Shown here: positions 13,410 to 29,109 of the stretch, one piece after another
Numbering within the stretch: position 1 is the stretch's first letter
Layout of the letters: the number at the start of each line of letters is the position of its first letter
DNA from: the human T2T-CHM13v2.0 reference genome, Homo sapiens
DNA: 64,000 nt
Assembly: GCF_009914755.1 (NCBI RefSeq)
Contig: NC_060940.1
Reading direction: 5' to 3' (one strand)
Notes under the pieces: model-generated
Told to the model about the DNA's origin: nothing
Database searches by the model: none
What the model saw: only the letters and a program-made list of their open reading frames with translations
Translations under genes and position numbers: made by a program

Positions 13410-13800
13410 ATTGCCCTGTCAAACTGACAATTATAGAACTAATTATTGAGGAGACAATAACAGATACACTGACTGAATCAAGCGTCAACCGAGTTTTTAT
13501 GTAATTATGCAATTTAATGAATTGAAGGCTACAGTAATGGACTATTGCTGGTTAATTAGGGACTCCCTTTATGCTAATAATGCCATTTATTTTTGACTCG
13601 TGGTATTTATTTTCAGTGTCGAAAGCATTGGACACGTCTTCCTCTGACACCAGCATGTTGGGTGTTTTTCAGAGGGTTTGGCTGCCAATTGTGCTATTTA
13701 TAGGCAGCAAGCTTATTTCATTCACTGACTGAAGAGCTCCAAAAGGCTCCTATTATATTACAAGCATCTCGTTTTAGACCTAGAATAGATTTTAATTATC
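13410..13800. promoter_or_regulatory. Candidate enhancer / conserved non-coding element
   Basis: Repeat-free; perfect MEF2 site CTATTTATAG at 13694-13703, several TAAT cores, inverted TGTCA/TGACA pair. Motifs only. Confidence 0.35.
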
Positions 13801-14022
13801 CTGCTGGCTGGGTGAGGTTCCCTGTCTTCCTTCTCCTGAGATATTGGGGAACAGAAAATTAAGGGGTTGTGGCAGATGGTCCTCCAACTGTACCCCATCA
13901 AGGTCAGTCCATGCAAAAAGGCAGAGATACCCTTTTATGCTTTATCCTTATTCCACAGCCTCCCCTGTTCTCCCTGGATCCCTTTCCTAGCACATTACAT
14001 GATGAGAAACCAAAGTGCAGAG

Positions 14023-14214
14023 CAGTGGTTCTCAACCAGGGGCCAGGGGATACTTGTCAATGTCTGGAGGCCTTTCGGGTTGTCACCACAAGGGCTCAAG
14101 TAAGGAAAGGTCAAGGAAACTGCTGAGCACCCTGCAATGAACAGGACAGCTCCATAAACAAACATAGAATTATCTTGCCCCAAATGTCGATAGGGCTGAA
14201 TTTGAGAAACCTCA
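14023..14214 (+). mobile_element. MER20 hAT MITE
   Basis: cagtggttctcaacc...caatgtctggag...caggacagc...ttgagaaacc. Confidence 0.85.
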
Positions 14215-14981
14215 GGATAGAGTATCAATAATCATGAAGCAAGTGGATTTTTGCCACTCTGGTTCTGCAGAGGAAAACAAATATTTCGCAGCATCTAAAC
14301 CATGATAGAACCGTCAAAAGCATGTGAAGTCAGCTACATAAATTGCAAAACATGAGTCACAGTTATGTTTGTTCTGAAACAGCATAAAAACTCACAGGAT
14401 TCTTTTTCTTTTTATGAAAATAGAAAAATGATGAGCATTCTTTCCCAGAAAAGCCAGGGTTCTTGCCTTTCTCTTTGGTCACCTAACACCAATGAATGCA
14501 AACTTGCCTGTCATGGTTGTTAATTACCTGGAGCAAAATGCAAAAACAAAGGAGAATGTGATCAGGTTTTCATAAAGCAAAACTCAGCCAAATTTTTCAT
14601 TTTCAGATTTCATTTTCTTCCTACTCTCTAAGAAGACATCTTGTGTTTTGCCTGCCCAGCTTTCTTTCTTTTCCTCACTTTTTAAAAGAATTCTCTCTCG
14701 CTCATTTTCAGTCTGTTGGGTTTGGATGACATGAGACAAACCACTAGGACACATGGTGGCATGAGATCCAGGCCTGGCCAATCTTTGTAGACTATTCTCC
14801 AGCTGCCTCATCAATTTGTCAGGTAAGTGTGAGTGACCTAGGAGTTAACCTGTGACTGTTGATAAAGCAAATGGATTTTATTCTTGTCAGCTAGACTGGA
14901 CTCTGGAATGGTGAAAATCTGGAGCTGACTGAAACATCTTTGTCACGCTCAGAGGAAAACATTCCTAAGATATGAAAGCCC

Positions 14982-15567
14982 AAGAAGGTGAAGGAGGTGG
15001 AGAAGAGGAAGAAGGAGCAGGAAGAAGAGGAGGAAAATGAGGAATGAAGGAGGTGAAAGAGGAGGAGAAGGAGGAGGAAGAAGAGTTGAAGGAGGAGGAG
15101 GAGGTAGAAGAGAAGGAGGAACAGGAAGAAGAGAAAGAGAAGGAGGAGATTAAAGAGGAGGAGAAAGATAAACAATAGAGGAGGTGAGAGAGGAGGAGGA
15201 AGAGTAAGTGGAAGAGAAGGAGTAGATGGAAGAGGTGGTGGAGGAAGAAGAAAAGAAGGAGGAGAAAGGAGAGGAGGAAGCAGAGGAAGAGAAGGAGGAG
15301 GAGGAAGAAGAAGAGGAGGAGGTGGAGGTGGAAAAGGAGGAGAAGGAGAAAGAAGAGGAGGAGGATGTGGAGGTGGAGATGTAAGAGGAGGAGAAGGAGG
15401 AAGAGGAGGTGAAGAAGGAGGAGCAGGAGAAGGAAGAGGAGGAGGAGGTGAAAAAGAAGAGGGAGGAGGAAAAGGAGAAGAGGGAAGGGAAGGTGGAGGA
15501 GGAGAAGGGCAGGGAGAAAGAGGAAGAGGGAGAGGGATAGGAAGGGGAGAAGGATAACAAAGGACAA
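14982..15567 (+). repeat. GAG/GAA-rich polypurine low-complexity tract
   Basis: Directly visible; yields the poly-Leu and poly-Ser antisense ORFs. Confidence 0.95.
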
Positions 15568-15571
15568 AAGT

Positions 15572-15585
15572 ATAGATAGATAGAT

Positions 15586-15628
<43 letters not shown>

Positions 15629-15630
15629 AT

Positions 15631-15678
<48 letters not shown>
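15572..15678 (+). repeat. (GATA)n microsatellite
   Basis: Directly visible. Confidence 0.97.
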
Positions 15679-15680
<2 letters not shown>

Positions 15681-16122
15681 CTTGGTTCTAGCTGTTTCTA
15701 CAGCCTGATAATTGCCCAACTTTTCAGTATCATGGGCAATAAATTATCTCCTGGCTTAAGAGTCACCTCCTCATTCCTCTCTTCTAGCTTTTCCTCCTCT
15801 GCCACACCCCTAAATGCCAGTGCTCAGAGGACTCTCTCCAGGGACGTTTTCCCTCTCCACTCTTCCCTATCTTCACTGAAGTCTTATCCTCACTTCTTTT
15901 CTCAGTTACCATTCATGTGTTGAGGACTCTTGATTTAATATTCCCAGGCTTCATCTCTGTCCAGATATCACCACTGCCTGCTGGAAATCTCCAACCAGAA
16001 GCCTCAGCAACACCCAAAACCCACCTTCTCATGGCTGCACTCTTTACCTTCCCTCCAGCCTTTCTTCCCCTACAATTCTGGTCTCATGGAAGGAATCGTC
16101 ACTTACTAGGGACCCAGGTTAG

Positions 16123-16563
<441 letters not shown>

Positions 16564-16742
16564 TCCTCTGCATATTCTATTCTGCACACCAAACAGGCAT
16601 TGCCCTCCATCCTGCTCCTTGCTCTGCTTGGAAGGCCTTCCCAGGCTCCTCAAAATGGGTGAGACGCTCCTGCTTTGTACTCACAATCTACATCACTTTT
16701 CATTAAAATTGTTTACTTTGATAATAGCTACAGTTAATGAGC

Positions 16743-17265
<523 letters not shown>

Positions 17266-18569
17266 CTGTTCATCCTTTCAAGCTAAAAAGTCAGCTTTTT
17301 AGGGATGGCACAGCTTTCATCTGTGTGTCCCTACTAGCCAGAAGTGCCACACATTGTCAATGAATGTTTGTCTGGTTTAATTAATGAAGTAATAAATACA
17401 TAAAATCCCATTCCTCTTTCTGGACATAGGTGTTTGTTTTGTTTTGTTTCTTCTGCAACAGGCAGGGTTGAGTCACAGTCAACTTTCAGATTCTATGATG
17501 CTATAATTCAAACAAACTCAAGCCAATTAACAAACTTGCAAACATAAGTGACTCATCGGTTTCTGTTCTTGTATCAGTCATTTTCTATCTGAGAAGAGCT
17601 TGATCATGTGGAGTTTGCATTGTCCAAGGAGAGATGCCAATTGAACAATCCTTTTAGAAATCACTTTCTCTGCCTTCATTCCTTTCCACTTCAAAAGTCT
17701 CAATCAATGAAATAAATGATACTCAAAGTCTCAAATCACCTGGTCCTCCTCCTGCTGATATCCTCTCTAAAACAATTAAAAAAAATAAAAGCAGATTGGG
17801 GGAGGGGAACAGGGGGAAAGCTCTATGCTCTATAATGAAACCAGGAGAAAATGATGTTTGCTTGCTAGATTGGCACCAACTTCTCTTCTAACTGGATTCA
17901 GAGCAGATCTAATTAGCTAGGCTGAGGCCAGGAAAGAGAATTTTTGCATGGTTTGCACCTTCTCAGAATTCCATGGCAACAAAACCAACTGGAATGAGAG
18001 TGACAATTACAGTATATTTAATGTTAATAACCTTACTAGATTCAGGTGCAAAGCGTGCTGGAATTTCAGCAGCATTGGCTGATGAGAAGTGGAGAAGCTG
18101 AAGTGGATAGGATGGGGAACTCCAGAGATAGATGCAACCCAAAAGCACTAGGAATGCTTTTCCCAAAGACATAGACTGATAGTGTAATATACATAATCCA
18201 AAGTATCCCACAGTCTTGGGTTCCATTCTGGTCTGCATCAATACCCCAAGTTGTCCACAGTGATTAGTAGATAAATATAGAAAGAATCCAGGTAGCAGAT
18301 GACACTTAAGCCTAACGTGTGGGAAGATTATAATTTCTGTCCATTTATAGCAAGACTTCAGAAAATGGCTGAGAGAACAGGAAACAAAGTTCTGTACCCT
18401 TGGTAGAAGAAGCTGACAAAATCCAGAGAGAATATAGAAACTAAAGTCAAAAGAGTAGGAGGACAGATTAGCAATGCAATTCCAACGGACAAGAAAAGAT
18501 CTAGGCAAGGTAACTGAGGCAGATGCAACATGGCAGATGCCAAGACAGAAGAGGCAAGGGTTGAAAACT

Positions 18570-18870
18570 CCAATGCCTGTGGAAGTCAGAGAAATAACCT
18601 GAGTAAGCCAAGTGGTTCAGAAAAAACTGGTGACCTGGAGGGCACAGGTCCCATCTAAGGGGCAGCTACCAGTCAACTCCAGTTCATTGGGCGGTACCAA
18701 CATTGCTGAGTCTTCCAAGTTTTCAAGACAAGCCAGAAATCCAGAGTTTGTATGGAATCCCACACATTTTAACTGTTGGCAATGAGTTTCTCATATTTTA
18801 AGATAAATTGCAGCCCATACAAAATTTTCTGAAGGCTAAATATGATTCTGCAGCCTCCCCGTTTGAGCCA
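18570..18870. mobile_element. MER102-like hAT-Charlie element
   Basis: ttttcaagacaagccagaaatccaga...ttttaactgttggcaa. Confidence 0.6.
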
Positions 18871-19213
18871 ATCCACAGGAAGGGATTGTGGAAGCACAGA
18901 GCTCCCTCCAGCACCCGGGATATTGGCTCCATAGTGATGGCACTCATTCCAGAGACAACTCCTGCTGGTAGCTATGGATCCTGATGTTCAGGTTATACTT
19001 GGAGAATTGGGAGGGGAGAGGGGCAGGGACATCAGATGGAAGTCTTCATGACTTCGGAAATATAAGACTAAGGAGGCTAAGGCTCACACCAATCCCAAAA
19101 CCACAGTCAGAGTTAAAGAAATGTTGGGAGAAATTCGTGCACTGTGTGCAGAATCAGAGCAGGAGAATTTGCTGATGATTGACACTCAAATAAATAAATA
19201 AATAACCAGCTGA

Positions 19214-19995
<782 letters not shown>

Positions 19996-20000
19996 ATAGC

Positions 20001-20459
20001 TTTTCTTTTCATTTTATTTTATTTTATTTTACTTTAAGTTCTGGGATACATGTGCAGAACATGCAGGTTTGTTACATAGGTATATATGTGCCATGGTGGT
20101 TTGCTGCACCTATCAACTCATCATCTAGGTTTTAAGCCCTGCATGCATTAGCTATTTGTCATGATGCTCTCCCTCCCCTTCCCCCACCGATAGGCTCTAG
20201 TGTGTGATGTTCCCTTCCCTGTGTTCATGTGTTCTCATTGTTCACCTCCCCCTTATGAGTGAGAACATGTAGTGTTTTGGTTTTCTGTTCCTGTGGCAGC
20301 TTGTTGAGGATGATGGCTTCCAACTTCATCCATGCCCCTGCAAAGGACATGATCTCATTCCTTTTTATGGCTGCATAGTATTCCATGGTATATATGTACC
20401 ACAGTTTCTTTATCCAGTCTATCATTGATGGGCATTTGGGTTGGTTCCATGTCTTTGCT
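20001..20459 (-). mobile_element. 5'-truncated L1PA 3' end
   Basis: ttaagttctgggatacatgtgcagaacatgcaggtttgttacatagg; TSD ggcaatag(c/t)ttttc. Confidence 0.93.
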
Positions 20460-21560
20460 GGCAATAGTTTTTCAAGCGTGAGGACCCAACCTTAGAGGCA
20501 ATGGATGGACAGGGTGATGAATGTCTTTGATTCTATGGATTATAGAGGGAGCGCTGGGAAAAAAGGACTGGATACAATGCATATTCCTGGGGATCCTGAG
20601 AGCAAACCCTAGGCTTTAATTATTTACATATCAACCCTGGGGAATCTTCTTGAGTTAAATATCCGGTTTGGGTCATTTCTCTCTCTTTTTCTCTCGCTTG
20701 TCTCAGCCAGTGGCATACAACATGCAATACACATTGTCTTTCGGGATTTCTGCCTCTGGTTTCTGTGTCAAGGAATTAACAATATGTAAATGAATTCCTA
20801 AGTACATCAAGGAAGATCCTGCTCAAAAGAACCCAAAGCAATCCCTTTTATAAAGCGTCAAAGACACTAGTTGCACAAATAACTCCTCTTCAGGCTGTTG
20901 AACTTTTCATAATCTGTTGTTTGATAGGATTCGTTTATTATAATCTGGTCATGGCCACACATCACTTGACTGCATTCAGCTGATCCACAGAACTTAAGAA
21001 AAGTCCTCCAAGATTCCAAAATTTCTGTCACAAGTCAATGCCCTCCCTTAAAGACTGTTTACTCCTGTGTTATGCAGAGCTGTAACAAATATAAGTGATC
21101 TTGGAGGAGGGACTTCTGGAAACAGGCATCAGGGTAGTGGACAAAAATGAGAGTGGATAGCCAGTAACAGAGAAGAAAAGCAGAAAATGCATTAGGACAA
21201 ACAGAAGATCTCAAAAAGCATAGCATTTCAAGTGATTTAGCTTAGGTTCAAACACTTCTGTGCACCCTCCCAACACAAGTGTGGCAAACGATAGTGTCTG
21301 TGAGATGACTGTGCACACACCACACACGCATGCACACACACATGCACACACATGCAGGCACGCCCATCCCAGTTTCCCGCACATGCTCACTGGTTTGATA
21401 GCACACACTGAGAGTAAAGTAAAAGAAAGCAAAGTCAAAGAAGTGTGTTTGTCAGCCCTGGCACAAGCTGTGACGGGGACAAGGGCACTAGCAAGTAGTT
21501 TACAGGAAAGTGAGTGGGAAGCAAAAGACATAGTTGCCTCAAAATAAAAGGGGGGGTGTG

Positions 21561-21950
<390 letters not shown>

Positions 21951-22931
21951 TCAAGCAGCAAGAGTAGGAGTCTCTTACCTTTGTCTATGCCATTCGTGTC
22001 CCAGCCCCATCCTATGAATGGGAAAGGGAGTGGTACTATCAGACCTCATGCACCACAGGAGCCAAAACCCAGCACAGATCCTGGCACTCACTTCTACTGT
22101 CTACCCAGTGCTCAGTTACTAGAGGGGGCCCATTTCCATGCTCTCCTCCTCACCACCAAATAGATGCAGAGCCCAAGGATGAAATTTTTTGCAAGGATGA
22201 AAACAGGGGGTACAGGCAGCACATGATGGAAGGAATTCTCGAGGCAAAGCCCAGGAAATGCACTGATGATCATCTTTCTGGGAGCAGAATCAAAACTGTT
22301 GGTGAAATGCTAAAGAGCCTTCCCCATCTGTTTCTCTGTTCAGCCCCCCTACTTCTAAGGACATGTCAAGTGTCCCAAGAATACGCCACATCACCTCATC
22401 TGTCATATCTGCTATTACCTGAGTAGGAAAGTTAGTTTCCAACAGTAGGATCCAAGCCATGTGTAAGTTCCTCCTCTTCCCCCTCCCTCCCTGTTTCCAG
22501 AATGCTTGTCTCTCCGTGACTGGAGATAATGCTGCATGTATCTCACCCTTCTGACTTTCTCACTCTTTTCCTCTTTTTCTCTCCCTTCTGCACATCACAA
22601 TGCAAAGCCAGTGTTAGGGACATTGTCAGTGTAGGAGGGAAGGACTGGAGTCTGTGGCATCTGCCTGGCCCAGGAGTAGCAGACGCTGAGATGATTCTGT
22701 TGGCCCAGGAGGAATTACACAAGAGGAAGGTGAGAATCAAAGGACATGGAGTGAGCACTGCAAGTGGAGAGTCTAGCACATCCTAAGAAAGTAGCTTGAG
22801 ACAAGCAGATGAGAGTGGGCTCATTCACAGCAGGGAGTTCCTTGTCATAGAACTGTGGGAGCAGAGGCAGGACAACTCCCTGCCAAAACTGTAGAGAGTC
22901 TATCTTCCGTGGGTGGATCATTGTTCCAGAT

Positions 22932-23110
22932 CAGAGGTTCACAAATAGGGCGGTGCATCAGAATCACCTATGAAGATACGAAAAATATATTCATTTCCAG
23001 GCATCACATCAAAATCTCTGGGAGTGGGACCTGAGAGTCTGTAACACTTTATGCTCTTTGATAACTCCAATGTATTAATAACTGGTCTACCGAGCAGTTT
23101 GGGAATGATT
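22932..23110. mobile_element. MER5A-like MITE
   Basis: tgcatcagaatcacct...aatctctgggagtgggacc...agtttgggaa. Confidence 0.6.
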
Positions 23111-23590
23111 CCTACGTTTCCTTCTAACTTGGATATCCTACAAGTTGAGTCACAGTGTGGTCTTGCCTTCACATAAACCATGTGAAATTACTTTTTGTAG
23201 GCAAAATGGTCAAACACAGGCAATATTATGTGGTTCAACATAATATAATATTCTGGCCTGGAGCACCATGCAAGACCCCTGGATTTTAAATACTGTTTTT
23301 AGGTATGCAACTTTTTTTGCAAGCAAAATAAAAGGGCTATCATTTCCAGGAAAATGAGAAGATAATTTGAAAATGCTTATACAGAACAAAACACCTAAAA
23401 ATGATGAAATGGTGAATGACTATAATAAAGATCCTTATGGCCAAGATCACAAGAAAGCACAAAAAATCTCCTGGGATGACAAGAGTTAGGAGAGAAGACG
23501 AGACATGAGCAGATATAGCAACTGGCCTTGGGATGTATGGACTGTATGGTAAGTAAGCACAATGTTTTGATGCCTGCAGGGGGATAACAG

Positions 23591-24040
23591 ATGAGGCTGT
23601 GGGCACAGGAAGAAAAGGAACTGGACCATACATATATGACTGAAATAGAATAATTCACAGGGCTACATTCCAGAGAAAATATGAACCAGAATGGTGCTGC
23701 CCATTGGCACAGGGCAATGGTAAGGAAATATTCATGTCTTGTCCCTGACATGGGTCTGAAATTTGAGTTTCCCCTGGGCTCCCAAGCTGATCAATTAACA
23801 TAGAAACCAGCCCCAGTTTGCTGCTACTCCCAATAACCTGAAAGAAGTAAAAACTCCTGAGCAGGGGAGAAACACCACCACACCAGACTACACAGGATTC
23901 CCACAGATAAAGTCCCACTGAAGATGAGCTCTCAACTCAACAATAACAGAAAGGAAAGAAAACAGTGCCCTATGAGCAAAGTCAGCAGACACCAAAACTA
24001 TCAAGATTGCATGCCCAAGAACTTTAGAGAAAGAGCCTAT
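23591..24040 (+). mobile_element. Ancient L1 (L1ME-like) 5' UTR/ORF1-start fragment
   Basis: cccacagataaagtcccactgaagatgagctc...tatgagcaaagtcagcaga resembles L1ME 5' consensus. Confidence 0.45.
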
Positions 24041-24653
24041 GCAATAGAAATTCTCAGAGATCTGACACAGTATCCCAACATATGTGAAGCCAATAAGAGT
24101 AGAGCTATTTTGGTTTAAAAAAAGAAGGTGGGGGGTGGAGGGAAGGCCTGGGGAAGTCCCAAGGCACCTGAGTTCTCCTCAGACAGAAACAGGTGGAACA
24201 CTGTGGATGAGAAGAGACATGAGAAGTCCACCATCTTCTGCAGGCAGTGTAGACCATGAACATTCCTCCTTTTGGTTCTTTCTCCTTCCCTTCTTTCCTC
24301 TACTTCTGCCTCACAAGGAGGTATTGATTATTGCCACTTATAAGGGGACCCGTTTCAACTCCTCCTGCTGCCATTTAATAGCTGTAAAACTTGGAGGAAG
24401 TCCCTTAAACTTTTTTTGTTTTCCTCATATGCAAAATGGGGATGCATTACCCTGAGTTATTTTGCAGATCACAAAAGGCCATGTGTTCATGTCCTGAAGC
24501 ACCCAAGGGCTCCAAAATAGAACAAATGCACATGACAACCAGAATAGCTCCACTTCTTATGGGTTGTGTAAGATTTGGTTGAGAAAGACCCATATGATGA
24601 GAATATATGGAGACAAGTTACAATTATGTTTCTACAAATGACAAACTCAATAA

Positions 24654-24945
<292 letters not shown>

Positions 24946-24979
24946 CGATATTTCTTGAAGATGAAAGAATAATTATCAC

Positions 24980-25447
24980 AGAGCTAGTCACTTGCTCCCC
25001 ACTCACTCACTCTCCCTGATTCATTGTCTGCACTTCTGTGCTCTACTTCATGTCCCAGGAAGCGGTTCCCTGTGGACTGTCTCCCCTGGGCTCCTTTGCT
25101 CTCAGCCTTCTAGCTGTACTTGGGCAATGGGGGCTACTGACCCACGTCTGGAAGGCAGGAGGAAAGAGGAGAGAGGTTGACATCAAAGTATTCCTTTCCC
25201 TTTTCCTCCCTTATTCAACTCCTGCAGCTCCTCAGTACAGTTCTTCCTGGAGTCCTATAACACCATCTCTTCCACTTTTACCTTCACTGCTAAGAGTACC
25301 AAAGACTTCTCCCTCTAACAAGACTTAGTTGCTTCAGCCTCTCTTCCTGGCCCCATTAACCCTACCTGGACCTTTGTAACATCCTTTTGAGTTTCTGCAT
25401 TTCCCCCCAGAATGAACTATGTTTTCTGTTCAACCCTGACTAATTCA
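24980..25447 (+). mobile_element. LTR33-like ERVL LTR
   Basis: gggctcctttgctctcagccttctagc...gggcaatggg...ccctgactaattca. Confidence 0.65.
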
Positions 25448-26199
25448 ACTCTGTAGAATAAGTCCAAATCTCATTCCTTTAGGGAAAAGAAACTCATTCA
25501 TTGGGAATAGTCAATTTATTCTTATTTTTTAAACCTCAATGAGTCTCACTCTTTGTATCTGCAAAATGGCCATAAATGTTCTCATCTCTTGTGCTTACAA
25601 AATAAAAACTTAGAGAAACTTGAATGTCCCTGAAAACACCACCAGTTAAAGAGAAACACTTCTTCCTGGAAAGGAATCTCTCATCAGTCCAACCCTGAAT
25701 CTTGTGGGTCACTATCCTGCCAAGTTCTGCAACCAGAGAGAGGAGAGGAAGAAATTTTAGCTTTCTTAAAGAGAATATTTGAGAGATTGAAGCTTCTTAA
25801 TTCTTCATTGTGAAGGGAAAATTGGGCATTAAATTATTTATTGTATTTTAAATTCACTGACAGAAGCAGTTTTGAAAACCTCACTGTTCTTTTTGAAAAT
25901 AATTAACCTACTTTAATGTTTTAAATCTTTTTAACATATTTCCTATTAAGTGGTAAAATGAGGGGGAAATAATGTTCAAAGAATAGGCTAAGAGTAGAAA
26001 GGAGAGGAATCCATAGCCCTCTTCTTCCAGGATCCATGGATGGGGGGCGATGGGGAGCTAGAGGCTAATTCTAGCTTCAACCTCCGTGAGATATGTCTTG
26101 TTCAGAACTAGTGTGTAGCAGGAAAGAGATGACCATTTTTATGGGGTTCAGTGCAAAGACTGAGGATTCCGAAGACTTGAATTCGAAGTGAAGCAACCC

Positions 26200-26900
26200 T
26201 AATTGATTGCAAATAATAGAAAGCCCAACACAAACAGCTTAAGCAAAAAGATGATCTATTTGTTTATATACATGATATATCCATGGGTAAGGCTGGCTTT
26301 GAGAAGCCAGTCAGCATATCTTATTCCCTGGGCCTCGGTAATTGGTTCAGAAATGTCTACATGATCCAATCAGAGACAATGAGGTATTATGAGCCTTTCC
26401 TTCAAAATCTGGCTAAGGACAAATGTTCTAATGGGCTTATGATAGGGAAAGGTGGTACAAATGTCCCTAGAATGTAATTTTCCTTGCTTCATCTCTCAGT
26501 TCTTCTTCCTCTGGGAGAACCATACTCACACATAGTTTCCCCTCCCAGTTATCAGGTGCTGACTTTGTATAGCTTTGTATTTGATTGACTTTGTGTGGAC
26601 TCTGGGAAAGCACTCCACCCAGGTCACTTTGCCCAGTGGCTTCTAGTTGGGTTTGCCCAACACGCAGCCCTGGCAGAAGAACAGAAAATGAGAGAGGAAT
26701 CATGGAATCAGCTCCACTCCCAGCTTTGGTGCCCTGGAGCTGAGTAGGAGAGAGGAAAGATCCTTCTTAAAAATATTCCCAGGAAAAGGCTTGTTCCCTC
26801 TCATTTGCTCTGGCTGGGTCACATGCACACCTCCAAAATGGCTATGGTGACCAGGGAAATAAGATGCTGAAATCGGCTCAGGCCCAGCACACATGCCCTA
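26200..26900. mobile_element. Fragmented old LTRs (MLT1K-like and LTR33-like)
   Basis: cagcttaagcaaaaag; ggcttctagttgggtttgcccaa; gggtcacatgcacacc. Confidence 0.4.
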
Positions 26901-26903
26901 TCC

Positions 26904-27161
26904 ATAAGGCTCTGGCACAGGAATTGGACTACAGATATATGCCTAAAATAGGATAATTCGAAGAGCTACGTCCCAGAGAAAACACAAACCAGAATGCTGC
27001 TACATGGGGAGATGGTAAGGAAACATTCATGTGTTGTCCCTCACATAGGTCTGGATTTTGAGTTTACCCTGTCTTCCCAAGCTGATCAATTAACATAGAA
27101 ACTAGCGCCAGGTTGCTGTTACTCACAGTAACCTGAAAGAAGTAAAAAGCCCTGAGCAGGG
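26904..27161 (+). repeat. Direct duplicate of 23591-23866
   Basis: Colinear, roughly 80% identical by eye, with a 28-bp identical core. Confidence 0.9.
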
Positions 27162-27590
27162 ACCACATAGGACCTGAAGTTCATTAGCTGAATCTGGTGG
27201 AAGGTGTTAATTCAAAGGAAAATTTACTATATTTGGAAAATATTTATGCATGAATATTTAAGTCACCCCCTACAGGAATTGCTTACATTACTACTGGAGG
27301 ACCTCCATCTTTGCCTTATTTTATTCTGGGTAGATTTAGGTAAAAAATTTGTATTTTGCCCATCTCAGCATAACCAAGGTGGAGATGAAGGCAAAATGCA
27401 TAAGACAGCCATTATGGGGATCAAGTGTGTGCATTGGCTGCACTATTTCAGCCCCATTTTTCCCAGTGTTCAGATGCCTTTCTTGAAAAGCAGCACAGAA
27501 GTGACTAGAACTGCAGCAAGGCCTGAGGGATCAGCCCAGAGCAGATCAAACCAAGGGCAAGGGCGCCAAGAGCTTTTTACACACATGTAG

Positions 27591-28580
27591 TGTCTAAGTT
27601 CATTTGGGGCTGCTATATAGTAAAGTGCTTGAGACTGAGTAATTAATTTTTTCACCCTTTATTTTAGATTCAGAGGGTACATGTGCAGGTTTGTTTCCTG
27701 GGTATATTGCATAGTGCTGACATTTGGGATACAAATGATCCTGTCACCCAGGTACTGACCATAGCACCCAATAGTCAGTTTTTCTATTCTTGCCCCGCTC
27801 CCTCTTTCCCCTTTCTAGTGGTCCCCAGCGTCTATTGTTTCCTTCTTTATGTCAATGCATACCCAATGTTTAGCTCCAACTCATAAGTGAGAGCATCCGG
27901 TATTTGGTTTTCTGTTCCTGTGTTAATTTGCTTAAGATAACAGCCTCCAGCTGCATCCATGTTGCTGCAGAAAAACATGATTTCATTCTTTTTTATGGCT
28001 GCATAGTATTCCTTGGTGTATATGTACCACATTTTCTTTATCCAGTCCTGTCTTGATGACACTTAGGTTGACTCCATGTCTTTGCTACTTTGAATGGCGC
28101 TGCAATGAACATGTATGAGTATGTGTCCTTTTGGCAGAATAATTTGTTTCCTTTTGCGTATATACCAAGTAATGGGATTACTGGGTCAAATGATGGTTCT
28201 GTTTTAAGTTCTTTCAGAAATCTTCAACTGCTTTCCACAGCAGCTGAACTGACTTACATTGAGACTGCATAATTTATAAAAATCAGAGATTCATTTCTTA
28301 CAGTTCTGGTGTCTGGAAGTACAAAATCAAAAGGCTTATATCTGGGGAGTGCCTTTGTGCTGTGTCAACCCATGATGCAAGGCAGAAGGGCAAGAGAGCA
28401 AGAGGGGGCTGATCTTGCTTTTATAACAAACCCACTCCCAAGATAATGACATTAATCCATCCATGAAGGCAGAGGCTTCATGACCTGATCACCTCTTAAG
28501 GGTCCAATTTCTTAATCTTGTTGCATTGGGGATTAAGTTTCCAACACAGGAGTCTTGGGGGACACATCTAAACCACAGTA
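27591..28580 (-). mobile_element. MSTC/MSTD-like MaLR LTR interrupted by L1
   Basis: LTR sequence resumes after the L1; flanks tgtag/tgtgg as imperfect TSD. Confidence 0.75.
27645..28258 (-). mobile_element. 5'-truncated L1PA15/16-like 3' end
   Basis: ttttagattcagagggtacatgtgcaggtttg; TSD ttgagactg(ag/ca)taatt. Confidence 0.9.
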
Positions 28581-29109
28581 TGTGGGTATCTTGGGCTGGC
28601 TTAAAATAACCGACAAAGGTGGGCTTTTAGAACCAGAAATATGCATTCAAAGTCAATATAGGTAAAGAAGGGAGCCCTCCACTTTGGGCATAGTGAGGAA
28701 TATTAATCAGAGAAAGAAGAAAGTTGGAATAGGAAACTGTCAATGGGACTATAAGGTGAGTTTTGTTTACAAAAAGCAAGGCAGGAACCCAGTGATTGAA
28801 ACTAAGTCAAGGAGTCAGATTAGGGTTAAGAGTCAAACAGGCTCAAGCAAATCTTATGGGGTTCAGAGAAACCAGAGTTTCCTTGAAAAGCCAAGATCTT
28901 GGTCTCCGAGCTCATCTGCAACTATGGGGTGGGAGATAACTAGCTCTCCTCTGAGTAACAAACGTGCGAATCTGCGTCACTATACTGCCTGCACGTACAG
29001 GCCACACAACTCAATCCAACAAATATCTGTTAATCATTCACTAAGCCCCAAGCACTGTGCTGAATGCTGGCAGCAAAGAAAAAACAAGAACTAACAAAAA
29101 CAAAAATAG

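Larger units (their letters stand above)
14640..15760 (+). mobile_element. MLT1K/L-like LTR split by simple-repeat expansion
   Basis: 5' part ccaggcctggccaatc; 3' part ttttcagtatcatgggcaataaatt...gcttaag. Confidence 0.45.

Noticed and set aside
14891-15567. Poly-Leu/poly-Ser ORFs, or an acidic poly-Glu exon on +
   Set aside because: Low-complexity purine tract with stops on + and no supported splice context
17963-18508. 181-aa ORF in unique sequence (also 41649-42152, 52826-53170)
   Set aside because: No recognisable domain or coding-like composition; such lengths are expected by chance in 64 kb x 6 frames
20225-20464. ORFs resembling L1 ORF2 (also 27847-28062)
   Set aside because: 3' remnants of truncated L1 copies, not genes
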